Assembly: GCA_012841015.1 (NCBI GenBank)
Contig: DUVN01000028.1
Location: forward strand, 103,188-167,187
Reading direction: 5' to 3'
DNA: 64,000 nucleotides
Source: Clostridiaceae bacterium
GTDB lineage: Bacteria; Bacillota; Clostridia; Saccharofermentanales; DTU023
In this document: piece after piece, positions 20,338-29,251 of the stretch
How positions within the stretch are numbered: position 1 is the first letter of the stretch
How the letters are laid out: each line of letters begins with the position of its first letter
Program-made: the position numbers and the translations under genes
The notes under the pieces: model-generated
What the model saw: only the letters and a program-made list of their open reading frames with translations
Database searches by the model: none
Told to the model about the DNA's origin: nothing

Positions 20338-20446
20338 GAGGTTTTGGCTCATGCTGAGGGTCTGGGCAATGGGCATCACACCGGAGGATCCGCGGTGAGA
20401 TGTTAGAGAATGTTTTGCATTGAGGGCATGACCGGAGGTCACGCTG
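20312..20446 (+). repeat. Tandem degenerate copies of the der 3' end
   Basis: GCATCACACCAGAAGATCCGCGGTGAGA (20312-20339, includes the der stop codon) recurs as GCATCACACCGGAGGATCCGCGGTGAGA at 20373-20400 (26/28 identical). A third, weaker copy GGGCATGACCGGAGGTCACGC lies at ~20424-20446. Confidence 0.8.
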
Positions 20447-20577
20447 CAAAGACGACAGAAGGTGTGCTTACACACCAATAATTGAGTCGAGCTAGAGGTG
20501 GTCAAGTGCCACCGTGGAAGTCGCTGAGATGAAATGATAAAATGGCGACAAGAAGTACACTTTGAGTCAGGAGTTTT

Positions 20578-21714
20578 ATGCCTCGTCGTATATCTAGACC
20601 GATCTTTATTTTGATGATTATTGTCATTATGATTGCGGGAGCTCTCATTGGGTTTAGTCTCGGTTATCGGTATGTGCGTAACCAAGATAAACGATTGGAA
20701 AGCCTTAGGCAGCAATTTGACGAGCACGGTTCTGCACCATTTACCAAGGATACTCCCAATGCTGTTGAAGTTTACGTCAGACAGCAATTTGACACGGAAG
20801 ACATTGCAAACATGCTCAAGGACAAGGGACTTATTGATAGTACGCTCGCTTTTAAAATCCTATCGAAATTTAATGGGTTTGACGGACACTACCGCTATGG
20901 GACGCATTATCTACTGCCAGACATGAGCTACGACGAGATTATGGTCGTGCTAACCAATGAGCCTGACCCTGTGAAGATCACGATTGTAGAGGGCATGACG
21001 TACAATCAGATGAAAAAGAAGATGCTCGACGCAGGGATGCGTTTCAACCCTGATCTTCTTGACGCCATGGTGCGCCGACCTTACCTTTTCACAGATTATT
21101 CCTTTGTGCCGCAAATCGAAGCGAAGCCTGGTCGCGAATGGCTGTTGCAAGGTTACCTCTGGCCAGATACGTATCAATTCGACATTAATGCAACGGAACA
21201 GCAGATACTACGAATGATTCTCAACAACACTGAACGCCATCTACGATTAGGCGACTATTATGAGCGGGCTGCAAAGCTCAACATGACGCTAGACGAAGTC
21301 ATGACACTTGCCTCAATCGTACAGGTGGAAGGGAATATTGCTGAAATGCCGAAGATCGCTAAAGTCTTTCGGAATCGCATCGACAGAAACATGCCACTTC
21401 AGTCATGCGCGACAATTAATTACCTTAGAACAGAAGACGGGCTGAAGCCAGTTTTATGGGTTCTAAATGACGACTTGAATAAGTATCACGGGAACGCATA
21501 CAATACCTATAGTCACGACGGTCTTCCTCCTGGACCCATCAATTCCCCTGGGACAATCGCCATCGAAGCAGTACTTTGGCCTGCTACGGCAAAGGTGTGG
21601 AAAGGTGCCGATGACTATCTCTACTTCGTGGCGACTGGCGAAGGGACATCTGATTTTTCTATGACTTACGAAGAGCACGCTGAGAAAGCCGCAAGGTACA
21701 GTCAGCTCAATTAA
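20578..21714 (+). CDS. mltG: Endolytic murein transglycosylase MltG (YceG family)
   Basis: N-terminal TM, then LLQGYLWPDTYQF, TLASIVQVEG, VFRNRI, LQSCATINY and YNTYSHDGLPPGPINSPG, the YceG-like signature. Confidence 0.88.
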   Translation: MPRRISRPIFILMIIVIMIAGALIGFSLGYRYVRNQDKRLESLRQQFDEHGSAPFTKDTPNAVEVYVRQQFDTEDIANMLKDKGLIDSTLAFKILSKFNGFDGHYRYGTHYLLPDMSYDEIMVVLTNEPDPVKITIVEGMTYNQMKKKMLDAGMRFNPDLLDAMVRRPYLFTDYSFVPQIEAKPGREWLLQGYLWPDTYQFDINATEQQILRMILNNTERHLRLGDYYERAAKLNMTLDEVMTLASIVQVEGNIAEMPKIAKVFRNRIDRNMPLQSCATINYLRTEDGLKPVLWVLNDDLNKYHGNAYNTYSHDGLPPGPINSPGTIAIEAVLWPATAKVWKGADDYLYFVATGEGTSDFSMTYEEHAEKAARYSQLN

Positions 21715-21737
21715 AAGTAAGGTTCAAAGATTCCTGT

Positions 21738-23309
21738 TTATCGAGTCAATATCACAAGGGTAGCGAGAACGACAACGCTAAGAGACGTGATGCCATAGAG
21801 CGCGTAACGTGTCGATTTGTTTGCTGCGTCTCTTTCTCCATCGTCTCTTTTCTTTTTTCGTTTTCGACCTCTACGATGATCATCAAATCTCTTTGATTCT
21901 TCATCAATACGTTTGCCTGTCTCTTTGATCAGTGCTGTCGGGATCAGAAGCAGGACGACGAGGATGAAGCTACACATCAGCAGGAAGACACGTATTTTTG
22001 ATAGTTCAATCAGAGGCACATGGAAGAGCATTTGGCCAATGCTTGTAAAGATCGATTGTGAAGTAATCATTGCTAGAGAAAAGGAGGCTGTCGCTAGTGC
22101 TGAAGCAATCAGCGAATCTGTTCGAAGGCGAATCCAAAATGAGAAGATTCCCCCGATAACGAGAATTGTCAAGCCGTCGATGTCAAAGTATGGCAACGCG
22201 AAGAGGAGGGAAGAGGCGATGCCTGCAAAGGCGTACGATCTACCTGTCGTCAACGCCTGCTGAATAAGCCCGCGCGCAAGTAATTCGACTGATGTTGCCG
22301 GTAGGAGGACAGCGACCAAGAGCACCGTAAGAGCGCTACGCGGTGATTTGCCAAAGTAAAATAGACCACTGTTCCAGATTTCAGGAGTTTTAAGGTAGCG
22401 AACGATCGCCACATCAAAAGTAGAGATCAACTGTGTGATACACCACAAGAGCAAACCTGTCAGAAACCCTGCGATTGGGGCAGATACGTAAGAAGTCGGA
22501 ATGGAACGTAATCCGAGAACATAGTTGGACGTCGGTTTAAATGCAAGGATCAGAATAGAAGATGTGAGGATTGGGATTAAGCCTAGCACAAGAATAGCAG
22601 ATAGGGCATAAGCTTCAATTCCCGCGCTGTAGCTGAAGGGAATATTCAATATCCCAAATCTCTCGAGTACGACGAAAGCGATGATGAGCGCCGTATAAAC
22701 GACGATTCCGAGTGTCGCCATAGGGATTAGCCGGATGGACGTGTGAGAAAGTCGAGCACGACGCTCAGCGCGTGCGTCAATCACCGTCAGGGCTGGCATC
22801 GCATCAGTCTCTTTCGCTGTCTGCTTCTTCCGAGGATTCAGCAGATGTTTAGGAACCAAAGCTTGTCGTCTCGCATTCTTTGGGCGTATCGCATGTGCTG
22901 GAGCAGAATGACTCGCATTTTCGGCTGATTGTTCTTCTTGCGGGTGTTTCCCGCGTGTCGGAGCCGAGACTATGTTCCTTGGTCTTAAATCAGCCTCTGT
23001 GGGGCGTTTCCCACGTGTCGGAGCCGAGACTAGTCGTTTTGTATCTTTCTGTCGTACCACAACATGCATTGGAACAAAAACTCGACGCCTTACATCCTTT
23101 GGACGCACTGCGCGCGTAGTGGGCGAATTGCTTGCCTTTCCCGCTGATTGTTCCTTTAATGGGCGCACTGCATGTGCCGGAGCTGAATTGCTTCTACTTT
23201 CGACTGATTGATCTTCTTGTGGACGCACAGTACTTGTCGGATCTGAAACTAGCTGTTTCGCATCCGGTGATAAGTGCTTCGGTTGACGAGGTTTGTTACT
23301 CATGAGCAC
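21738..23309 (-). CDS. Polytopic membrane protein with a repeat-rich basic N-terminal region and weak, degenerate CPBP (CAAX-protease)-like motifs
   Basis: 523 aa. The N-terminal ~190 aa are basic and internally repeated (SAPAHA(V/I)RP, VSAPTRGK(R/H)P), followed by ~8 TM helices. SVELLARGLIQQ resembles the CPBP EExxxR motif, but the expected acidic and His residues are substituted. Confidence 0.5.
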   Translation of the reverse strand: MLMSNKPRQPKHLSPDAKQLVSDPTSTVRPQEDQSVESRSNSAPAHAVRPLKEQSAGKASNSPTTRAVRPKDVRRRVFVPMHVVVRQKDTKRLVSAPTRGKRPTEADLRPRNIVSAPTRGKHPQEEQSAENASHSAPAHAIRPKNARRQALVPKHLLNPRKKQTAKETDAMPALTVIDARAERRARLSHTSIRLIPMATLGIVVYTALIIAFVVLERFGILNIPFSYSAGIEAYALSAILVLGLIPILTSSILILAFKPTSNYVLGLRSIPTSYVSAPIAGFLTGLLLWCITQLISTFDVAIVRYLKTPEIWNSGLFYFGKSPRSALTVLLVAVLLPATSVELLARGLIQQALTTGRSYAFAGIASSLLFALPYFDIDGLTILVIGGIFSFWIRLRTDSLIASALATASFSLAMITSQSIFTSIGQMLFHVPLIELSKIRVFLLMCSFILVVLLLIPTALIKETGKRIDEESKRFDDHRRGRKRKKKRDDGERDAANKSTRYALYGITSLSVVVLATLVILTR

Positions 23310-23379
23310 AGTTTATCATTTGCTCATGATTAATTGGCTTTTTCGAGTGAGTTATACGATCCATTTCCAAAAGACACTA

Positions 23380-23467
23380 CTTTGCCCATATTTATTCGAG
23401 TAAGCGCGTGACGCCTCCCGTCAGTTTTGCGCTCTATAAACTTTGCCCATATTTATTCGAGTAAGCG
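23380..23467. repeat. Perfect 27-bp direct repeat (2 copies, 61 bp apart) upstream of the 21738-23309 gene
   Basis: CTTTGCCCATATTTATTCGAGTAAGCG occurs at 23380-23406 and again at 23441-23467. Confidence 0.9.
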
Positions 23468-23497
23468 ACTTTGGAAAAGAAGATGAGAAATGGTTGC

Positions 23498-24037
23498 TCA
23501 GAAGAGCCATAAACACAAATAAGCGAGTGTAAGAAAGGGGATGAAGGCGATGGTTTCATGATCTCGCTTTGCACATTTTATGATGACTGCGGCAGGCATG
23601 GCTAGAACAAATGCGAGTATCACCATATGAAACGACATCTTGTAGTCACTTCCCAATCCAGCGGCAAACGTAAAAAGGATATCACCCGTGCCGATCACCT
23701 CTCGTGAGGTCAAGTGTCTTAGTAGAAACGATGCAAAGAGCAGGAGGAGTGCCCCTCCTGTCGATAGCGCAAGAAATAGTAAGTGGGCGATCCATAATGG
23801 GAGAGGTGACATGATCGGCACGGTAGGATCGACTATCGCATTATTTTGTGCTCTTGTGCTCATTACGTAAAATACGAGGGCTGGAGGTAATGACACATTG
23901 TTTGGGTATACTCTGGATAGGAGCAAAGGTAAGGTGTTGAAAAAGGCTAACCAAGCTATGTCAGAATCAAGGACAATCCTGAAGCGTATATCGCGGTACG
24001 ACATAATCGCCAAGACTATAAATCGGCCTACACACAC
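23498..24037 (-). CDS. Small A24-family (prepilin-peptidase-like) aspartic membrane protease
   Basis: 179 aa and polytopic. It has two Asp motifs in the expected contexts, MSYRDIRFRIVLD near the N-terminus and IGTGDILF (GxGD). No pilin or secretion genes are nearby. Confidence 0.5.
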   Translation of the reverse strand: MCVGRFIVLAIMSYRDIRFRIVLDSDIAWLAFFNTLPLLLSRVYPNNVSLPPALVFYVMSTRAQNNAIVDPTVPIMSPLPLWIAHLLFLALSTGGALLLLFASFLLRHLTSREVIGTGDILFTFAAGLGSDYKMSFHMVILAFVLAMPAAVIIKCAKRDHETIAFIPFLTLAYLCLWLF

Positions 24038-24406
24038 AACATGATCAATAATTCCTATCAGATCTCACCTCTTTTCCTTGCGCTAGATTTTCCCATCCTA
24101 ACTCTTCCTGTCGAAGTGGTGATGGCACGTACAATCTTGACTCATGTCAATTTTTGTCGACCAACTACGACTAAAGCGACACATATCCATGATGATTGCT
24201 GGCCATCATTTAATCGTTATAATGGTAACGATTACAGTGATTGCACATCCTATTGGTATTCATACTTATCTTGTCGATATAGCCTCTAGTGCCACAATAC
24301 CGTAGTGGAACAGTATCAATTTATCAGCAGAACACTTGTCGGTATGTCCGGATTACTTACAGAATCGGCGTTTACTCGTCGAAATGACATAGATAGCCTG
24401 CTAAGT

Positions 24407-24875
24407 TGGTCAAAAAAGACACTTTGGGCACGCAACCGCTGCTCAAGGTGGAAAAATTGACCACATTCGACTGAGAAGCGCTCGAAAATGGTCAAAAATG
24501 ACGTTTTAGGTAAGAACCCCGTGCTCAAAGCGTAAATTTTGTCCATTAGCCACCTGCAATTGAGCGAATCTGGTCAAAAATGACGTTTTGGGCAAGGACC
24601 CGTTACTCAAGGTGTAAATTTTGTCCACAAACCGCTTGTAATCGCCCGCATCTGGCCAAAAATGACGCTTTTGGCAAGGGCCCGTTACCCAACGTGTAAA
24701 TTTTGTCCACCATCGACTGAGAATCCCCCGAATGTGGTCAAAAAAGACGTTTTGGGTAGGAACCTGCTGCTCAAAGTGTAAATTTTGACCACAACCGACC
24801 TGAAATTGCCCGCATCTGGTCAATAATCACGCTTTAGGCAAGGGCGCGCTACCCAAGGTGTAAATTTTGACCACA
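24407..24875 (+). repeat. Tandem array 1 of an 82-bp unit (59-bp dyad-symmetric core plus 23-bp linker): 6 cores, 5 linkers
   Basis: Cores begin at 24407, 24489, 24571, 24653, 24735 and 24817, exactly 82 bp apart. The core is approximately TGGTCAAAAATGACGTTTTGGGCAAGGACCCGTTACTCAAGGTGTAAATTTTGACCACA. Pairwise core identity is ~75-85%. Confidence 0.95.
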
Positions 24876-25017
24876 ATACCACTCGTAAAGGGAGAAGGAA
24901 AGGAACGCTGACAAGCTATATTCCCGTGTTTCCTGCCGGCCAAGTTGCTTTGTTATGAAGCCTAACAGCGAAAAAAGCGCGTATCGTGCCCGAATGTCCA
25001 CGCAGGTGTCAAACTTC

Positions 25018-25026
25018 TGATATAAT
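25018..25026 (+). promoter_or_regulatory. Candidate extended -10 promoter for glgP
   Basis: TGaTATAAT lies 47 nt upstream of ATG 25073. No convincing -35 is present. Confidence 0.35.
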
Positions 25027-25072
25027 TACTTTCGGTTTTTGCCGATTGGCACTTACTCTAGTGAGGTATCTA

Positions 25073-27460
25073 ATGAATAAAGAAGTTTTGAAGAAAAGAA
25101 TTGAGTCTTATCTATACGCTGAATTTGGCAAGAGTGTAGCTCATGCCAGCGAACACGAGTACTGGACAGCAATCTCACGTGCCGTTATGGAGACGATCGG
25201 TCCCGATTGGGAGGCGACTCGCGAGCAGTACCAGAAAGGACGAACGGTCCACTATTTTTCCGCTGAGTTTCTCGTTGGACGAAGCTTGCTCAATAATCTG
25301 ATGAACAGGGAGTTGCTTGACACCATAAAAGAACTCGTCGAGGAGGCAGGGTTTGACTTCGACTCAGTTTTGAACGAAGAGACAGATCCAGCACTCGGTA
25401 ACGGCGGTCTCGGGCGTCTTGCTGCGTGTTTTCTCGACTCGTCGGCGACGATGGAACTCCCTGTGATCGGTCACGGAATCTTGTACCGCTACGGATTGTT
25501 CCGACAAGAAATTGAACATGGCCACCAGAAGGAGTACCCCGATGCATGGATGGAGCTTCCTTATCCATTTCTGGCAACACGGCGTGAAGACAAAGTTCTC
25601 GTTCACTACCGTGATATGGATGTTTATGCTGTTCCATGGGACCTTCCCATAACTGGCTGGGGTACGCCCAATGTCAACACCATCCGTCTTTGGAAAGTAG
25701 AACCTGCTGAAGAGTTTGACTTTAATCTCTTCAATTCGCAGCGATTTGACGATGCAGTCATCATGCGCAATCGGGTACAGGATATCTGCCGTGTCCTTTA
25801 TCCAAACGATACGAGTTACGATGGGAAAGTATTGCGTGTGCGCCAACAGTATTTCTTCGTATCGGCATCACTGCAGACGATCGTCCGTCAGTACCGTGAA
25901 CAACACGGCTATGATTTCTCTCAGTTTGCAGACAAAAACATTATCCAGCTGAACGATACGCACCCTGTTCTTGCAATTCCCGAACTTATGCGACTTCTGA
26001 TTGACGAGAACCAGCAGAGCTGGAGCGAGGCGTGGGAAATCGTAACAAAGGTTTTCGCCTTTACGAATCATACGATCATGCAGGAAGCACTCGAAAAATG
26101 GGACATTGAAATATTCCGTTTCCTGTTTCCGCGTGTTCTCGAGATTATCGAGAAGATCGATAAACAGTTCAGAGAAGTGGCCTTCGAAAAGGGCCATCAC
26201 GAACAGGAGATCGATGCTCTCGCCCCCATTCATGACAATCAGATTCACATGGCACTTCTCGCCGCCTATGCTTGCAACTCCATCAATGGTGTCGCAATGA
26301 TCCATAGCGAAATACTGAAACAAGAAGTGTTCAATCCTTTCTATCGATGGTGGCCTGATAAATTCAGAAACAAAACGAATGGTGTTACGCCGCGCCGCTG
26401 GCTGAATTTATGTAATCCCGATCTTTCGGCGATGTTAACGCGACTTAGCGGTTCTGATGCCTGGTTGACTGACATGGACAGACTTTTAGAGCTAAAAGAA
26501 GTTGCCGAAGACACGAATGAGATGCGCAATCTCCTCGAAGTCAAGGCTAGAAATAAAGAGCGTCTTGCCCGTTTGATCAAAGATCGGGAGGGGATTGAGA
26601 TTGATTCGTCCTTTATTTTCGATGTGCAGATCAAGCGACTCCACGAGTATAAACGCCAATTGATGAACGCGCTTGAAATCCTTGATCGCTACTACAAGTT
26701 GAAGGAGAATCCGCTCCTCAATATGCCGCCCGTCGCTTACATCTTCGGGGCTAAAGCTGCACCCGGCTACTTCTTGGCGAAAGCGACGATCAAGTTTATC
26801 AATGAGATCGCTCGCATTGTCAATGACGACCTCGACGTAAGCCAGAAGATGCGCGTTATTTTCATGCATAATTACAACGTCTCGCTCGCTGAAAAGATTT
26901 TCCCCGCCGCTGATATCTCAGAACAGATTTCAACCGTCGGCATGGAAGCTTCCGGAACGGGCAACATGAAGTTTATGATGAATGGTGCTCTGACCGTTGG
27001 TACATACGACGGCGCCAACATTGAGATCCTACAGCAAGTCGGAGAGGAGAATGCCTTCATGTTTGGTCCTCGCTTGAAAGACTTTCCTGCGACGAAGAAG
27101 TTCTATACATCGCACTGGCAATATGAAAATATAGAAGGTCTCAAGCGCGTTGTCGATACATTGGTCAGTGGCGCCATTTCGGATGGCAACACAGGGATGT
27201 TTCGCGCTCTTTACAATCGACTTCTTCAGGGATCAAGTTACGAGAAAGCCGATCCTTATTATGTTTTAGGTGATTTTGCAGCTTATCGCGAGACGAGAAG
27301 TAAAGCCTATGCCGCTTATCGCAACCAGATCAATTGGGCAAAAATGTGTTGGAACAACATCTGTGCGAGTGGACACTTCAGCTCTGATCGTACCATTCGC
27401 GATTACGCTGAAGACATCTGGAAGGTTGAGCCGAAAAACATACATGGAACCTTAGGATAA
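25073..27460 (+). CDS. glgP: Glycogen/maltodextrin phosphorylase
   Basis: GNGGLGRLAACFLDS, NDTHP, NKTNGVTPRRWL and EASGTGNMKFMMNGALTVGTYDGANIEI (PLP-Lys motif). ATG 25073 follows RBS GTGAGG; the 29 codons upstream in the track ORF look non-coding. Confidence 0.93.
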   Translation: MNKEVLKKRIESYLYAEFGKSVAHASEHEYWTAISRAVMETIGPDWEATREQYQKGRTVHYFSAEFLVGRSLLNNLMNRELLDTIKELVEEAGFDFDSVLNEETDPALGNGGLGRLAACFLDSSATMELPVIGHGILYRYGLFRQEIEHGHQKEYPDAWMELPYPFLATRREDKVLVHYRDMDVYAVPWDLPITGWGTPNVNTIRLWKVEPAEEFDFNLFNSQRFDDAVIMRNRVQDICRVLYPNDTSYDGKVLRVRQQYFFVSASLQTIVRQYREQHGYDFSQFADKNIIQLNDTHPVLAIPELMRLLIDENQQSWSEAWEIVTKVFAFTNHTIMQEALEKWDIEIFRFLFPRVLEIIEKIDKQFREVAFEKGHHEQEIDALAPIHDNQIHMALLAAYACNSINGVAMIHSEILKQEVFNPFYRWWPDKFRNKTNGVTPRRWLNLCNPDLSAMLTRLSGSDAWLTDMDRLLELKEVAEDTNEMRNLLEVKARNKERLARLIKDREGIEIDSSFIFDVQIKRLHEYKRQLMNALEILDRYYKLKENPLLNMPPVAYIFGAKAAPGYFLAKATIKFINEIARIVNDDLDVSQKMRVIFMHNYNVSLAEKIFPAADISEQISTVGMEASGTGNMKFMMNGALTVGTYDGANIEILQQVGEENAFMFGPRLKDFPATKKFYTSHWQYENIEGLKRVVDTLVSGAISDGNTGMFRALYNRLLQGSSYEKADPYYVLGDFAAYRETRSKAYAAYRNQINWAKMCWNNICASGHFSSDRTIRDYAEDIWKVEPKNIHGTLG

Positions 27461-27506
27461 AGAAGCCGGTAGAAACGAACGCAAAATGAATAAGTAGGAG
27501 AATAGC

Positions 27507-27746
27507 ATGGCAAATTTTACATTCGAAATAAAGAAAGAACTCGCGGTGCTCTCGAGTAGCGCTAAGTCGGGTTGGAGTCGTGAGCTCAACTTTGTTAGCT
27601 GGAACGGAGCAGCGCCTAAGCTCGATATTCGCGATTGGTCTCCCGACCACACAAAGATGGGTAAGGGTGTAACACTTTCACGCGAAGAGGCTGCAATCCT
27701 TTCAACTGTCCTTGAAGATCTTTCGCTCGACGAACTCTACAAGTAA
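27507..27746 (+). CDS. YdbC-like PC4-family ssDNA-binding protein
   Basis: 79 aa. MANFTFEIKKELAVLS...GWSRELNFVSWNGAAPKLDIRDWSPDHTKMGKGVTLSREE closely follows the Lactococcus YdbC pattern (...WSPDHEKMGKGITLS...). Confidence 0.7.
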   Translation: MANFTFEIKKELAVLSSSAKSGWSRELNFVSWNGAAPKLDIRDWSPDHTKMGKGVTLSREEAAILSTVLEDLSLDELYK

Positions 27747-27775
27747 ACGCTCAGAAAATAAGCCCATTCAGGGTC

Positions 27776-28783
27776 TCACTTGACATCCCTAACTTCGGTC
27801 AGGTGACCCTGAATGACAATTCTTTGTTTCGGCACGCCTACTGTTTGGATCGGGTGACATGTGACGAGAGCGATTTTTGCTTTCGATGTCTTCTCAAAAA
27901 CGTATTCACCTAGTTCGGTCGGGTTAATAATTCGCTGGGCATCGACGATGTACGTATAGATTTTACCTTTTCGCTGAATATCGACGGTGTCGCCTTTCTC
28001 GACCTCATTGAGCCGATTGAAGTGACGTCCTTTACCGTACATACGGTGACCAAAATAAGCTGCAACACCCTTTTGCCCTGCTTGAACACTTGACGGATAG
28101 TGACCAGGTAGCACCCACAAAGAAGATGATTTGACGTCGGGTGCAATGGCAATCTCTAGATCTATTTTTGGTATTCGCATAATAGTATCAGTTTTAATTG
28201 TGATCACATCATCGCGGTTAAAGTCTGGTTCTGTTACCACAGGTCTATTGGGGTCAAGTGTTTCCCCTGGTCGAAGAACGACATCATACTCTGGGCTAAA
28301 GCTACCCGGCGCATTCACATCTCCGACCCTTACGGTAATCTCGACTTCGCCTGTAAGGCCCAATGCTTCCTGCTCTTTAAGTTTATCGAGCAATTTCTGA
28401 GCCGTATCATCCTGTCTTTTATGTACGATGTTTGGCAAAACAAGGAAATAGATACCCAAGGCAAAACAAGCAATCGCAAGAACAGTCAAAATAATGGAGA
28501 CGATACTTTTGTTATTATTCCTACCTTTCTTGCCCTTATTGTGGGTACGAACGCTTACTCCATTCGTAGCAACCTGTAGATTGGATGGCCGTGTCTTCTT
28601 TTTCTCGGTTCGCCTTTTAGGACTTCCTGAATGAGCTTTCGCCGAATCATAATCACTGCCTGTCTGCCCAAGACGACCATTTGACTTTTCGGTATCGGCG
28701 CGGACATTATCAGTGTCAAATGAATCCTGCTTTTCAAGAGGGGCATAATCGTCTTTCTCTGAAAGAATACGCGGCACTCTCAT
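27776..28783 (-). CDS. Sortase (transpeptidase) with a long basic N-terminal cytoplasmic extension and one TM helix
   Basis: Catalytic-domain hallmarks: GHRMYGKGRHFNRLNEV (His), IALVTCHP (TLxTC Cys) and a downstream Arg (PKQRIVIQG). The TM is IVSIILTVLAIACFALGIYFLVL. Confidence 0.85.
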   Translation of the reverse strand: MRVPRILSEKDDYAPLEKQDSFDTDNVRADTEKSNGRLGQTGSDYDSAKAHSGSPKRRTEKKKTRPSNLQVATNGVSVRTHNKGKKGRNNNKSIVSIILTVLAIACFALGIYFLVLPNIVHKRQDDTAQKLLDKLKEQEALGLTGEVEITVRVGDVNAPGSFSPEYDVVLRPGETLDPNRPVVTEPDFNRDDVITIKTDTIMRIPKIDLEIAIAPDVKSSSLWVLPGHYPSSVQAGQKGVAAYFGHRMYGKGRHFNRLNEVEKGDTVDIQRKGKIYTYIVDAQRIINPTELGEYVFEKTSKAKIALVTCHPIQTVGVPKQRIVIQGHLTEVRDVK

Positions 28784-29251
28784 CTCGAATTCCTATCCTT
28801 TCCGTACTATGGCAGTTAACGCCCATCACTTTCTAGCGATTGTGATTTTACACGTAGTAGATCGTGAGTGTTGACTCAACTAAGACAAAATCATTTTATC
28901 ACACCACTCCGTGGCGAATGTATGTTTACGCCACTTAATATCTACACAATAAATCAGGGGCGAATGCAAAAAAACCGTACAGTTAGATACATTGGTCATT
29001 AAGGATGTGTTGCGTTCTTCGTTCAGACTATTTTGCGACCTATTGAATAAACGCCGAAAATATACAATTCGATGTCTAAGAATATGTCTGGTAAAATGCG
29101 TTAAATCAGAGTTAATGCAGGGCAGAATGCGAACATAATATGGAAGGTAAATCGCATAGTTGCATTTTTTCTAAATAAGCTATAAAATAGGTCACACCTA
29201 GTTGTGCGTATGCACATTGTGATGTGTGCTGAATGCTAATTGAGGAAACAA

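Noticed and set aside
24620-24630. DnaA-box cluster or replication origin: TTGTCCACA (one mismatch to TTATCCACA) occurs in array-1 core 3 and, reverse-complemented, in array-2 cores 3 and 4
   Set aside because: The boxes are simply the end of the repeat stem (TTTTG(A/T)CCACA). Most copies have 2 or more mismatches. No dnaA/dnaN genes or obvious AT-rich unwinding element are adjacent.
24316-24823. ORF-track entries 24316-24546 and 24506-24823 (minus strand)
   Set aside because: They lie entirely within the 82-bp tandem array. The unit length is not a multiple of 3, there is no RBS, and the repetitive translation is an artefact of the repeat.
24407-24875. CRISPR array interpretation of the 82-bp arrays (also 59891-60195)
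   Set aside because: The repeat part is 59 bp and only ~75-85% conserved between copies. The 23-bp 'spacers' are homologous to one another, so they are not unique acquired sequences. No cas genes or leader-like features are present anywhere in the window.
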